DNA from: Chlorokybus atmophyticus
Lineage: Eukaryota; Plantae; Mesostigma and Chlorokybus algae
Length of the DNA stretch: 64,000 nt
NCBI GenBank assembly: GCA_009103225.1
Contig: RHPI01003330.1
Location: 318,472-382,471 of the forward strand
Direction: 5' to 3'
The translations under genes were made by a program, and so were the position numbers. Of this stretch, positions 25,066 through 38,761 are shown in pieces. The stretch's first letter is position 1, and each line of letters starts with the position of its first letter. Below the pieces are notes generated by a model. It did no database searches, had not been told where the DNA came from, and saw only the letters and a program-made list of their open reading frames with translations.

Positions 25066-26686
25066 ATGCAGGAGGTGGCTTTCCTGAGGCCAACAGCAAG
25101 TTCACTACTCACACGTAGGAAGAAAGCAGGTATGACTTGTGCCTGTCGCTGTCCCACTTGCTACTCAGTGCTTCACCTTGGCACGCTGGTCAAGTCAACG
25201 CTTCATGGCTATAAAAGTCACTCACTGCGGTTTGGTTTCACGTTGAGTGTAGTCCAGTGCATAATGTACTCACAATTTGTGGCAAACTGTGTTGTGTTGT
25301 GCTCAGCAGCAAGGGAAAGGCGGAACAGAAGAAGCACAAGCTTGCCGCAGTGCCACAGCAGGACAGTCAGCTGTGGTGTCCCTCTATCACCACCAAAGAT
25401 GCGGACGAGAGTCGTGTGCATAAGCGACACGCACGGCTTCCAGGACAGGGTGAGTGAATAATATGACTATAAACTGTAACAAGCATGACTTGTGCAATGC
25501 TTCAGTGCTGTGGCCTTGATGCAAACTGCCACATGCGCATGCAGTTTGATGAAATCCCAGATGGAGACGTGTTGTTGCACGCGGGAGATTTCACGAACAT
25601 GGGGAAGCCTGAGGAGGTTGCCAAGTTCAACGCATTTCTGGGCAGACTGCCCCACAAGTGAGTGCACATGAAGCACGCATGAGAAGCGGAGTTGTGCCGG
25701 TGTTGGTCAACATCCTCATTTTACCTGATATACCACCACTTGTAATTGACAGAGAGAAGATAGTGATAGCAGGGAACCATGATGTGTCTTTCCACACGGA
25801 GTTCTATGAGGAGTCGTGGCGCAACTTTCACCATAAGTACACGCCGCCGAGCAAGGCCCGCGAGCTCCTTACTAATTGCACCTACCTGGAAGTGAGTGCA
25901 CACGTGCACGACCGTTCGGTGAGCAATGCTATGATACTTTGCCAATGGATTTGGCCTCTCAGGATTCCAGCACGGTTGTCAAAGGAGGCTGGAAAGTGTA
26001 CGGGTCTCCATGGTCTCCATGGTGAGTGTCTCACACCTGTTTTGATGAGCTGTAGTAGCAGAGTTACAGGGAACCTGCACACTATGCATGAAGTCCAGTT
26101 GATGTCTGAATGTTACATGTAAAAACATAGTTGGCAGGTTTTATGACTGGGCTTTCCAGCTGCAGCGCGGTGCCGAGATCCGGCAGAAGTGGGAGCTGAT
26201 ACCTACAGACACGGACATCCTCATGACGCACGGCCCACCTGCAGGTAGCATGGTGGTTGACGTGAAACATCGGCCAGCATCACTGAGATGAACATGCGTG
26301 CGCACACACAGATATACATGCACACGCACACATGCACTTGTTCACATGCAGACGCACACGCGTACATGAGCGCACACATGAGCATGTACATCAATAATAT
26401 AACTGTGAACTCAACAGGTTTCAGGGACAAGATATTGAGTGGCAAGCGTGTTGGCTGTGAAGATCTGACTGATGTGGTGCTGAACCGGGTGAGGCCAATG
26501 TACCATGTGTTTGGCCACATTCACGAGGACCATGGCGTGACGTCTAACAGCACCACCGTCTTTGTCAACGCCTCGTCATGCCGGTTATTCGGCAAAAACC
26601 TCAACGAGCCGATTGTGTTTGAGCTGGAGGAGAGAAATGCGCCTGTCTCGTCATTGCAGTACCAAAATACGGCTTTGCGGGATTGA
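25066..26686 (+). CDS. Calcineurin-like metallophosphoesterase, MPPED1/2 (239FB)-like; start codon uncertain
   Basis: RVVCISDTHG, GDVLLHAGDFT, KIVIAGNHD, KVYGSPW, DILMTHGPP, VGCEDL, HVFGHIHE, VFVNASSC. All metal-ligand motifs are present across GT-AG exons. Confidence 0.92.
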
Positions 26687-27736
26687 TGAGTGATTATGTG
26701 TGAGCACTGCGTATTGTTGTGAAATGTTCTATAGCAATCGTTGCAGCTGCGGCTGTGCACATAGTGGTAATCATTGAGTTAGGCCGTGTGTATACAAAAC
26801 GACCCAAGGCCGCTGATGACAGTACCTTTTCCACTAGCTCGTATAGTTAGAATTGCCATAGATGCATGAGTCGAAGATGTGCCGTAGGGTAACATGTGAG
26901 TGTAACAAACAAAATCTGGCCCCCGACCCAGTCCTGCAATGTGTGTGAGTGTGTGGCACTCTATGCAAACACAGTCTCTGATACCACTTGCAGTTGTGAA
27001 GCATCGCACTCCTCATATCGCTTCCAGCTTTGGCACATATTCATATCTTGACCAAACGTCTCATATGCACGGTTCTCCAAACTAGCAATGCTACAATGTG
27101 TTGTACAACACAAGATACAGGTGTGCGCAATTTGGCTCTAATGGCCATTAGCTTTACAATGGGCACACGCGATGGCAACCTTAGAGTGGAGCGCGGCAGT
27201 ACTGGCAGTAGTATCAGGTTCCTGTGGTCGGGGTCTTCGGACCACAAATGTGGATGTGGCACTCGCATGGCGTGTGTCTATATGTGCGTGTAGGGTTGTG
27301 TGTGATGTGTACGGTTTTGGCATGGTGGCGGCACTAACAGACAACGTTTGCATGTCATATCATATATCATAGAGTCACATAACCACCGTAGTGCTTTGAA
27401 GTTCGTAAAAAGCTCCGACCACGTATGTATTTTTCATGAAGACCCCACCTACATAAGTTGAGCCAGGTATTCAGTACACATTTCGTACTTTTGTAAAGTG
27501 CCCTGGCGGAGTTCCTTTTTCTGTAAATTTTGTAGCACTACATAGCTGCAATCATTGAATCATCCCGCTATCAAGATGGGTTTGAAATAGAATGTAGCAT
27601 GCGCTAAAGCATTGACTTTGTATGGCACATCTTACAACTGTAGTCTTGAACATGCACCGTCTGCGGATGGGACACAAGATGCACGGCTGACAGAAAAAGA
27701 CTTTGCCCCGTGCATGTGTCATTCCCTTGCCCCCCC

Positions 27737-28131
27737 NNNNNNNNNNNNNNNNNNNNNNNNNNNNNNNNNNNNNNNNNNNNNNNNNNNNNNNNNNNNNNNN
27801 NNNNNNNNNNNNNNNNNNNNNNNNNNNNNNNNNNNNNNNNNNNNNNNNNNNNNNNNNNNNNNNNNNNNNNNNNNNNNNNNNNNNNNNNNNNNNNNNNNNN
27901 NNNNNNNNNNNNNNNNNNNNNNNNNNNNNNNNNNNNNNNNNNNNNNNNNNNNNNNNNNNNNNNNNNNNNNNNNNNNNNNNNNNNNNNNNNNNNNNNNNNN
28001 NNNNNNNNNNNNNNNNNNNNNNNNNNNNNNNNNNNNNNNNNNNNNNNNNNNNNNNNNNNNNNNNNNNNNNNNNNNNNNNNNNNNNNNNNNNNNNNNNNNN
28101 NNNNNNNNNNNNNNNNNNNNNNNNNNNNNNN
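27737..28131. other. Assembly gap (N run)
   Basis: N run preceded by a C-run. Confidence 0.99.
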
Positions 28132-29166
28132 NTTTCCCTTTCCATTTTATCAATAGCTTGTGCACTTTCTAATAATGGCCCTCGCCCAACATGTGTTTGT
28201 TATCTTATTATGTTGTTGTTTGACAATATCACGACATGTTGCAACGGCGTGACACAAAGTTACCCTATTATTATAATATGCAACTTGCATCAGGCAGCGG
28301 CTGCCTTGTGCAGCACAAGGCAAGTTCTGCTCCATATTAACACATGCACAACATGCATCACCATCAAGGTCACAAGTTGTGACTTTATGTACATTACACA
28401 ATACACATGTATGAGCACACTGCGTGGACATACTTCTGATTGTAAGGAATGACGCGCGCGCGCCATGCGCATTGAGCATTTGCAGATTGTGCACATGCAT
28501 ATGATTGAAGCATGTGAATACGGTGTTATAACTGTAACGCCGGCCCAAGCTTAAAACACTTGTATCACACTTGAGAGACGCTATGTAACTCACAATGCCA
28601 TTGTGCACACTTGTGCATGAGGCTACTCATGTGTAGTCTTCTCACAACACTCATTAGTTAATGATAAGTAAGTCACTCTCAACTTGCGCTAGGCTATGCC
28701 AGTTCATAGCCCTCTTGGCTTTAAATTAGAAATATCGCCATCCTGGGCTTGAACACTTTGTTCTCGCTTATGAGGGTCTTGCACTCTACTTCGTGCAAGC
28801 ACTCTCTCTCACCGTAAAAACACTCACCAACAAGTGTTAGCAACATACACACACTCACTGATAAGTATTAGCACTCTCAAACCGTGCATGCACTCATGCA
28901 CAAGTGCAAATGCTATCTCACCGTGCATACACTCACACATGCAAGTGTAAGCACGCCCTCCAAGTGTACACACTCACACGTGTTACATAAGGACAAGCTC
29001 AACTGCTTGAGGTTAAAGAGCTTTGGCCACCCCTTGAACGGCCTCTCACCCGAACACCCCACGTGAAGTCCTACGCGAGCGTGCACACCAAGGCAAGGTA
29101 GACCCAAGTCTCCAATCTCATGCCTTACCTATTGAGCATGCTCACTTATATACCCCTCGCCTTATA

Positions 29167-29600
29167 TTAGCCACGAAGGGTAGCGGGTGTCTGCACAATG
29201 GTGCCTCGTTCCCTGATGTGATCAAAAGCGGCCAACCATCTCATGACAAGCACTCTTTCACTTGCCCTTATTAGCCTCACACCAATCATCTTGAAGAATA
29301 TCTTACCCCTAGTTTTGAGCAACCATTGGAATTGTACTATAATGTTATGGTAATGACCACACAGCCTTGTGGCCACACATTGGATGCCAGTCTCTGTGAC
29401 GTCTGAATTGCGGTCAACGACACTAGCATACTTCCGTGCGATATTCGCATCTGCCTCTTCTGGCACTTTCCAAATAAGTGCACGTGTAATATCCACAGTG
29501 TCTTCTGCAATGTGAACATTCATTGGTAAAATATACGCAACCTTGTTTGCGGTATCATTGCTTAACTCTTTTGATATTATGCAGACATGAGTTCTGATGA
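29167..29600 (-). pseudogene. Possible degenerate DNA-transposase fragment (hAT-like CxxH region)
   Basis: Intronless open frame in an AT-rich island containing TRLCGHYHNIIVQ, which aligns loosely with the hAT-type RCxxHxLNLIVQ motif. Motif resemblance only. Confidence 0.25.
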
Positions 29601-30258
29601 TGTCCAGGTCGCGGCTGTGATATCAACACTATATGTCAAATATTCACAGTCATATGCTAGATAGATCAACATACTTGTCTTCTTAAATGTCTTTGTCTAC
29701 ATAATAGACACATCTACATCTTAGACATCTGTGGCTAACTAGCCCACATTAATGTCTGTCTCATAGACACCTACATAAGATGTCAACATCTACAATTTAC
29801 ACATATGTGGCTAACTGTTCCACACCAATAACTACCTAATAGCAGCAAGCATAAAAAAAAGAAAAGATGCTTGTTGGTTGTCTATCTCAAGTATGTTAAA
29901 GCGCTTGGAGCATACCTACTGGCCGCGTTACATAACGCTGCATGAAATACATGTACATGCCTTTTTTTCTATTACAATGCACCGTTCTTACAAACGGTTC
30001 ATTAATAATGATGCATTGATATGTAACATTTCAACCTTTAAAGTTGACCTCACTTTCAATATATACTGCATACATAAATTGGTATGTTGTGAATGTCAAA
30101 CCCAAACTTCTCATAGCTGAATTACTTAATTCATATTGTAGTAGACTCAACGATCAACGAATATTGATCAAATAAATATCGATATCATGATTTGCCTTTA
30201 TGGCAGGCGAGGTTCATGCACAAAGCTAAACTGACATAAACAATAAACAACGTCATTA

Positions 30259-30330
30259 ACTCTGAAGCTCAGCTTGAGTCAAGTGCGTGAGCAGCTGCTC
30301 ACGCACTTGACTCAAGCTGAGCTTCAGAGT
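30259..30330. repeat. Perfect 72-bp spacerless palindrome
   Basis: actctgaagctcagcttgagtcaagtgcgtgagcag|ctgctcacgcacttgactcaagctgagcttcagagt: 36-bp arms, centre at 30294/30295. Confidence 0.98.
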
Positions 30331-30606
30331 GCCTCAAGTAACTTGAGTCAAGTTGATCCCAGAGTCATAATCATCGTCCTTGTAACGAAGGTGAAACCGT
30401 GCCCACAGCCGCAAGCGCCTCACGTGACTTGCGCCAAAGCGACGGCACCGCCCGCGCTGCGTAACGCATGCACCCCGCCGGGGCGGCAACTCCAGCACCA
30501 TTGCCTTGACGGCGGCGGCGGGCAACGTCACACCATCACACACGACCCTGCCCCTCTCTCTTACAACAATCAGAACTCCCACGCACTCAAGGTACTGCCA
30601 AGTGCC

Positions 30607-32120
30607 ATGTCGCCTCCAGCGCAGCAGCCAGCGCCCCCTCCCCAGCACAAGCGCTGGCTGCCATACCGCAAGCCCTCCTCGCCGCCCTCCGCTGCGACGC
30701 AGCTCCGCCTGCTGAGCTTCCACTGGGCCGGCGGCGCAGCTAGCGCCTACAACGCTTGGCAGCGCGCGATGCCCGCAGGAGTGGAGGTTGGTGGATGGGT
30801 TGATAGGTTGGTACGATGGACAGTGTGTCACTCTGTGTATGACTGATCTGTCTGTTTAGGTATGTGCGGTGCAGCTGCCTGGGAGGGAAGCGCGGGCACT
30901 GGACGCGACGTGTGCATCGGCGCGGGATGCTGCGCGTGATGTCGTGCAGGATATAAGAGACCTGCTGGATGGCAGCGATGGAGCCCGCTGCGCGCTCTTT
31001 GGTACGCACAGTGAACGACTCACCCCCATGCATGAAGGCTCTCAAGCATCCTGTGTGGCACACACATGCACGCGGACACACGCATGCACGCGCGCGCACG
31101 CACATAGACTCACATGATACATGCAGACATGCATGGACGTGCATGCCCACACGCTTACATGCGCCCCCACACGCTCCCCAACCACACCTCATCCCCACCC
31201 CCACACGTACACCCACACATGCACGCACGCTTGTCAGGTCACTCGATGGGTTCCTGGGTGGCGTACGAGGTGGCGCTGGCGATGCGGCGCGAGGGTCTGC
31301 CGCCCCCGCTGCTCCTGATAGTCTCCGATTTCCCGGCGCCCAGCCTGCCTGCGCAAGACAGGCCATGGCGGGTGAACCGGACTCTGGATGAGGCCGCATT
31401 CAAGGTGTGCTTGGTTCATAAGTTCACAGTAGACTGCTTTCCCCAGTTTACTCACCACGGCACGACCAGTGAAGCTGCAGCCTCCGTTACCGGATGGAAC
31501 CTACAACTGACTTCATCAAGACCAAGTGTACATGACAATATCAATTGGTACTTGCTCTTGTGCACATGGTATGTGCATGTCTGCAGGAGGAAGGGAGAGC
31601 CTGGGGTATGAAGGATGCAGCATTTCAGCCCGACATCTGGAAGGTAAGTTGCATACATGGTTGCATACATGGTTGCATACATGGCAGATGCTGAGGAATT
31701 ATTTACTGAAGCTCATGTTGCGGTTGTATCACTCACAAACCAGGAATTCCACCCACTGTTGAGGAAAGATTTTGCCCTCTTCGACTCGTACGAATTCAAA
31801 CGCGGTGAGGAGCCCCTCTCGTGCCGCATCATCACGTGCCACAGCGAGGTACGCCCACATGCTGGTTTATTGCCTCAACATGCACACATCAAGTCAACAC
31901 TTTGTAAACCACTCTGCAGGATGATCCAAAGGTTGGCTCCACGGCAGGAAAACCTTCTCTCATGGTTGGGTGGGCTGCGCTTGGCAGTAAGAGCCCCACC
32001 ACAGCGCCTGTCGCCTTCAAAGGGGACCACTTCTACCTGCAGGACGCGGGTGTGCGGGCGGCACTGCTTGCGTGGATCAGCGAGATCCTCACTGATGTGG
32101 TTGATGTGCTCACCGGGTAA
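30607..32120 (+). CDS. Type II (stand-alone) thioesterase, GrsT/RifR-like alpha/beta hydrolase
   Basis: LRLLSFHWAGGAASAY, VCAVQLPGRE, ALF-GHSMGSWVAYEVA (GxSxG), LLRKDFALFDSY, FKGDHFYL (catalytic His). Stop TAA at 32118-32120. Confidence 0.92.
31648..31683. repeat. 12-bp tandem repeat x3 at an intron 5' end
   Basis: (gttgcatacatg)x3 seen directly. Confidence 0.9.
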
Positions 32121-32447
32121 GGCACAGGGAAGGCACCTGCCACTTGACAAGCTGACAACATTTTTCGCCTGATTGGCTCGTGCACACTGTCTAAAACGCT
32201 GTGTAAATTCAATCCGACAATATAGTAAATGGTTGTGGTGAAACGACCTGCACATCAGTTGCCTCGTAGTCTGCATGCAGGCTAGGTGCAAAGACAAACT
32301 TATCCAAACAGATGGATTGCTGGTTGGTTCGAGCAGCTTGTCTTGTGACACGCGGAGAAGGCATTGCTTTTTCTCTACCATGCCAACGAGCCTATTGGCG
32401 CTTGGGAGCAATGCGTGTAGCACATGTGATGGGCGGCAAAACTCTTG

Positions 32448-34719
32448 TCAAGTCCTGTTAGCAAAGGCTAAAACTGCCACCAAGGCAAAGGGAAACACGA
32501 ACAATGCGGCGACAATGGCAATGGTGAGCCCGTCTGTGCCAGCTGCCTCATCGTCACCGGGTTTTGGTATGTAGCGCCGGTAGTTGTCTGCAAAGCGCAC
32601 GAAAATGGTGTCATAGTACTCCTTGTCCCAGGAGTACTCCTTCGTGACCTTCAAGTTCTCGGCAGCCTGCAAAGAGGGAACCAGCCAATGGTGATGTTGC
32701 GTCGCCCCAATGCGCCAACATGACCTCAGCAGAGCTAACTGAGGATGGCTATGGTTATGCGACTTACGGAGAATCCGAAAAGAAAGCGCTGTGCGCGTTT
32801 CTTGATGTTCATGTTGGGATGCTCCTGCAGCTTCTTGTAGATGGCTTGAGCTTGATCACTCCTGCCGGCAGACACGCAGCACGCAAGCACAATGAGTGAT
32901 GAAACTACAAGCTCAAACATACACGACAGCGTGCACTTACAAGCCCATGGAGTCCAACGCCAACGCTCGCTGTAGCTCAGCTTCGCCCCCGAGTCGATGC
33001 TGCAGAGCTCGCACATTTAAAATAAGCGCTGTTGTACACTCAGTACAACCTTGTGGCAATTACACATGCACGCAACCATACCCTCGCAGCACACTTTCCC
33101 GATGCGTCCTTGAACACCGCTTCAGCTTCTCGCAGCTTGCCCTTGTCAAAAAGGTCCACACCATGCGCCAACATCTAATGTCAAGAGACATCTAGTTACT
33201 CAATGGACGGCAAACGCACAACACAGCATGCAAGCATGCACTTTGCCTGTGTCAAACCGCTCAGTTCGTGTGTAAGTGCAATAAGCCCACTAACCTGTTC
33301 CACCTCCGCTATTGCATCGGGTTCCATGTCTTCGCCCACTGATTTCTTGTACTTCTTCAGGGCTGCCGCAACCTCTCTGGCGCGTTTCGTTGCTCGGTCG
33401 TCTGTCTCCAACGCCTCTCCTGGTCGTATTGTACGACCGCCGCCATACTGCTCATCATGCAACAACAAAATCAGCAAGTCATCGCATTTGGTGCACATCT
33501 GACTTGCTGCACATTTGAGTGGACAATCGTCCTGCATGTGTGTGATGCACAATGCTTACTGCAGTCAGCTTACTGCTTCGCTGATGTCGCGTGGTCTTGG
33601 GAAGACGCCCCAAGTTGAAACTGTCGGTTTGTACATCCCGTCTTTCGTGATGATCTCCACTTGACGTGGCCGCATGGTTTCTGCCATGACTATCTCCTCC
33701 GGCCGCATGTTGCGCTTGTCAATAAAGTACTTGTCCTCCGCAGCCTGGTGCATGGACAACTGTAATTAACAACAAAAATGCACCTGAGCATCGGGGGACA
33801 CCTGAACTTAACTTTGCTCATGAGCGGCATAGCCTCTGTGGCTTGCATGTTGTCATGCACCACATGCAAATAGTTGTTGTTACTGTGGTTCTGCGCTTGC
33901 TCAAGTTGGGGTGCGCACAAGCATCCAGTTGACACATTTGCGTGCACACGTGAAATGTTGCAACGCGGGCGCGTGTGCGTGCGTGTGCATGCCTGTATGC
34001 GCATGTATGTAGCTTTTCCTGAAGCAGGACTTCAGCTGACCATGTCAACTGCATAATGCCTGTAAGGCTAGTAGAGTGTCAAAGCTCGCATTAGTCCCTG
34101 ACGACAGCGAGCTACCACTGCGCCTTGCAGTCAACTGAGCTAATGAACAAGGCAACAAGACACCGCTGATGGTTCATTTGTTGGCTAGCGCAACCAACCT
34201 GCGATGCTATCCTACAACAAGTTGCAACTTGACTTGAAGGCACTAACCCAGTCAGCATTGCTAGCAACTTAAACTACAAATTGAAGCGTATCTGTGTTGT
34301 CAGGTAGCCCATCCAACTAATGCTCATAGCAAGACTCGCAGGCATGTCACACGCGAAACTTTACATGTCACTCAGAAGACAACAGCGTGAAAGCACCGAA
34401 CAGTGCACGCCTCTCGGCACATCGGACTCACCTGCGAAGCGTCGCTGCCGGAGGTTGAGCTCCACGTGCTGGCATTGGTCCTCTTCAGCCGCTCCTCCTC
34501 CTCCTCATCGTTGTCTGTGGTGTCCGGCGCTGTTGGGGTATTGGCAGCTTCATCACCTGTTGCGGCGGCAGTGCGCCCACTGTGTTGCTGCCACCGCCTG
34601 CTGCCGCTAGGAGACGCTGTGTCGTTGGTCAACCTGACCTGCGAGCCCCTTTGCCGCCTCCCAGTCGACGGCTTGAGCACAAGTAGGGCATGGCCCACGC
34701 TAGACGCTGTGAACGCCAT
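32448..34719 (-). CDS. Conserved green-lineage protein with transit-peptide-like N-terminus, TPR-like helices and a C-terminal transmembrane segment
   Basis: Exons MAFTASS..; [86 protein letters not shown]; ends TIAIVAALFVFPFALVAVLAF. The [14 protein letters not shown] motif resembles uncharacterised land-plant proteins (from recall, not searched). Confidence 0.75.
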
Positions 34720-35075
34720 GCCTACCTCACCCGCCGCCGCCGCCACCGCCACGGCACCGCCACAGCAACTCGCTGACGGACCATGTGGCCAACGTGGCAC
34801 ACTGTGTCTATGCAGCAAAAACTGTCGACGAAGTGATTGCTCCATGGACATCCCCATCATGAAGCAGCAGTGTGAAACGCACTCTTGCATACCGTATGCA
34901 GTCCAACCTCCTTGTTATCACACTCGTTCTAAGCACAACCTCGATCTAAGCACATTTTTGTCGGGAACCAACGTGCACCAGGCAAATCACTCCCCTATGT
35001 AGGCACAATCACACTCGATGTAAGCACCCTCCAACTGCCTTCTGTGACTATAAAGAGGGCAAAAGGTAAACTAAA

Positions 35076-35460
35076 TTGTATAATCGTGTATTGTTGTATA
35101 CTCACAATTGTATACACATATGTACAACATATAAGCTGTGTGCACGAACATGCATGTACATCACATACATATTTATGAACAAATACACATCAAAATGTTT
35201 ACATACGCGTACACATACACATGCATATGTACGCGTACACATACACATGTACATGTATTTACTCATATTATATGTATATGCACATAGGCTTTACAAATGT
35301 AGCAAACACTTAAGACACCTCACAAAGGTAGATACAAATAATTCATACAATATCAATGTATTGCATATAGTATATGTATATATACGTATACACATATATA
35401 CATATACACACACATATATATACGTATATGGAATATAATATGTAATATATATATATCTTC
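35076..35460. repeat. AT-rich alternating purine-pyrimidine low-complexity tract (TA/CA microsatellite mosaic)
   Basis: About 390 bp of tacaca/tatata/catatg units. Confidence 0.85.
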
Positions 35461-36812
35461 ATAATAATTTGCATACATTTCGTTTTTTCAGTCCTGTTGT
35501 GCTGGCAATGCAGTCATGCTTGTTCGTAAGTGCACAGTGCATGCTCATGGTGCTGATGTCTGCAGCACAGTGCCTGTTTGTCATGCTGGCACAAACACGA
35601 TGTTAATGTGTGCAGCACAGTGCATGGTTGTCACATGGTCGCTAACTAGCCGTTACCACTGCTAACTGACTCACTACTCAGCAATTATGACTGGAAGCGC
35701 GTGTACATCATGCGGTCAGGAATGCGTGCAGATATTCCTGACCGCATGATGTACACGGCTTTACACCAGAACCTTACAAAGACCCTAACAAGTGGCGATC
35801 GCCATAAACGCCTGAGCACAGCACTGCACACTGCACGCCCCCCGCCCTACACCTTGCGTACTGCTGCTTGGCTGTGCTGTACTTGGCACTCCGTTGCTGG
35901 CTTACACGGGTGTAACCATCTGAAGCTGCTGCACAGGTCCATTGCCTTCCCTTCCCTACTTGCCCTGCTCTCTGCTCCTAGCCCCCTTTCCCCGCCGTGC
36001 ATTGCACTTAGTTACGCTAGTATTTTGCCCCCGCTTATAGTAAACTGCTGCGTGCTTGTGCTAAGTGGTTTCGAGTGCGGTGCAAGTGTGCGTGCAATCT
36101 TGCATCATCTTGCATCTTAGTTTAAAGTTGTCACACCTCGCTGTAAGCACAAAATGGCTGGTAACCAACCATGTGCTTAAATTGCGGGCACACTGTACCA
36201 GTAATTTTGTATGCTGAAATAGCATTGCCAATAACAAAAATTCTTTCGCATGTTCTTGTAACATGGTGCAATTGCAGATAACTGTTTGCCACCCATACAA
36301 GATTGGAATCCGACCCCGCGGCACAATCATGATCATGTACTCATGAACTTGTGTCAACAATACCTTAATCACAGGCGCAATTTGTTGTGAGTGGCCCAAA
36401 TACCACTCAGAGTCACTTAAGGAACCTCATACACTAACATTTCCACAAGCACAAGGCCACTTAAGACCATGACACAACACGCAAGCATTGTCAATGCAAA
36501 CTTCGGTCATCATGTGATAAACAATATTTGAGAATACGAACGGTTGACAACCACTAAAATAAATCATAGAAATGTCTAGTGTTAGCTAATGTAGTCCATT
36601 AAATAGCCCGGATACCGCAATTAGCTGCCTTACAAGGGCGAAGATTGCAACTTGGACACGATGCTTGAACGAGGTGTAGATTCCTAGCCACCAGTTTGCA
36701 TGCAAAGGCGGAGACTTCCTGCATGCACGAGATGCACATCTGCCCATCGTGAGCTGCGCACCTCACCCTCACAACCTTTGCACTTCTTCTCTTGGCCTGT
36801 GACAGAGTCGTC

Positions 36813-38761
36813 TCATGATGAAATTTTTCTACTCGCATACACCACGTACAGTTCCGTTGCGGCAAGGTTTTCGGGCTGCTCCACCACAGTGTCCAAGTTA
36901 CCAGCACTCTGCAGCAACTCAACCTGCAGCAGTCAATGACGAACTTGAGTACTACCAAGCAGCAGCCAGAACTCACATGCTCTAGTGGCAACTTGCTTAC
37001 CACATGTTGTAGCCGCCCGTCCATATTGTGCACCTCAACGACAACCTAGAAAGCAACTTGCATAAGCTACTGTCTGCGCCATTGTGACATGAATGCCAAT
37101 GACTTGTTGAGCTGCTCTTGACCAAACACTGCAATCCACGTTCAGCTGACACACCTGTTGTATTCTGTCCCAATCTTGAGCTGCTATGCCGCGCAGAACG
37201 TCCAGCTCTGCACGTTCGACATCGATCTTCAACAAGTTCACCTGCCTGCAGAAAACAAATTGCTAGTTGATGAAAACTGTTGCGCAGCACTGATACCCAA
37301 CGGTGTCCGGATATACTGCACTTGCCTGTCAGGCACGCGCTTCATGAGCCAGGATACAGTGCGCAAGTCGCAAAGAAACTCCTGCCGCTGCTGAAGCATT
37401 CTGTGGACAACAGCGCGGACAGCTGCCGAAAACCAAACTTCCGGAAACAACCGCAGAAAACGAATGCTCAGGTCCTGCACACACAGCAAGATTACCAAGT
37501 GCTTCCGGCTTACAACAACACTCATTGAAAGAGATTACATGCTACCCACCAGCCAGAATCCCACTACTGGTCGTGCCCCACTTGTTGCTAAGTGTGCCAG
37601 ATAGGCTTCCATGGACGCCACTACCTGCGTAGTGCATGTAAATGTCAAAGATTGAACATGACTTTACGCATGTGTGTGCCTGCGGACATGACTGCAGCAA
37701 GCATGCACAAGCAGGTAGGCCACGTGCGCATGCCTTGTGGCCGACTGCACCTCAGAGTCATTAGGCATCATGCTGCTCCAGCCAGCTGCCCAAGGGTAAA
37801 AGGTGAATGTCGCCTGTGGTGACAAGTCAGGAGTGAATAGACCAGCAAGTGTTTCGAACCAATCCGTTCGTCAAACAGCATACCATGGGGACACCTGCTC
37901 TGCACTTCCTTCACCGACGCCACAGTTGAACAGCTCTACCTCAGCCCTGGCACCCTGTTGTGTGCCCTGTTCCAAAGCCCTGATGTTTGCTAATAGTGCA
38001 GCGAACGGCGCGGGCAATGGCTCAACAGCAAGCACAGTTCCGCCAGGACAAGCCTACATACATACACAAGCTCTGTCAGCTACAACAATGCTTTTAGTCT
38101 CCAAGTGTTGTCGCAGCTAACACAGTACCGACCTGAGCAGCGTAGAGGGAGAACAGTCCTATGTTCGCTCCTACGTCGATCACAACATCTCCTGCCTTAA
38201 GCGAGATCTGTGCAATAAGCAGGGCCAAGCTTACATACCATAAGCAAGTGTAACTTTGCTGCTCATGTAGTGTCAATGCAGATCACTTACCCCGTTCTGT
38301 AAGTAGCACTTGTCTTCAAACACCTCTTTGTACAAAAACTTGACGTCCAACTGGCTTACGCATCTGTTAACAGGCGAGCTTACATGCTAGTGTACGCCAA
38401 GACAGTGGCTCACTCTTAAAGTCCACAGTTGTTGCTCGCACTGCATGGTAGCGTAGCAAGGCAGGCAAGCATTGCAACCTTGAATGTTTGGCATTACGGT
38501 TTCTTTGAGACGCCTACCAACAGCAAGGCCAGCTTGTTTCTTTCCAGGCTCTTACTTGATAAGCATGCCGTTGGGCAGTTTTGCGGTACGCAGCTGTACA
38601 GGAATCGGCGGCTTTGCGGAAGCAGGCTGAGCAGGAGCAACCACAGTCTCTGCGGCAGTAGCATTCGCTCTAAGAACAGCATGCCTAGAGCTGGCATTCC
38701 AGCTGAGTCGGCGAGTGTGAGCATGCACATGCGACAGGTGGAGCCCGACTTTCATTGCCAT
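36813..38761 (-). CDS. FkbM-family SAM-dependent methyltransferase with putative organellar transit peptide
   Basis: LPNGMLIK-CVSQLDVKFLYKEVFEDKCY; GDVVIDVGANIGLFSLYAA; VLAVEP; FTFYP; VNLLKIDVERAELDVLRGI..W.RIQQ-VVVEVH. One GC-AG intron at 37246-37325. Confidence 0.9.

Noticed and set aside
22441-28452. Long ORFs spanning X runs, and the poly-Pro ORF at 57160
   Set aside because: Artefacts of N gaps and the poly(C) tract.
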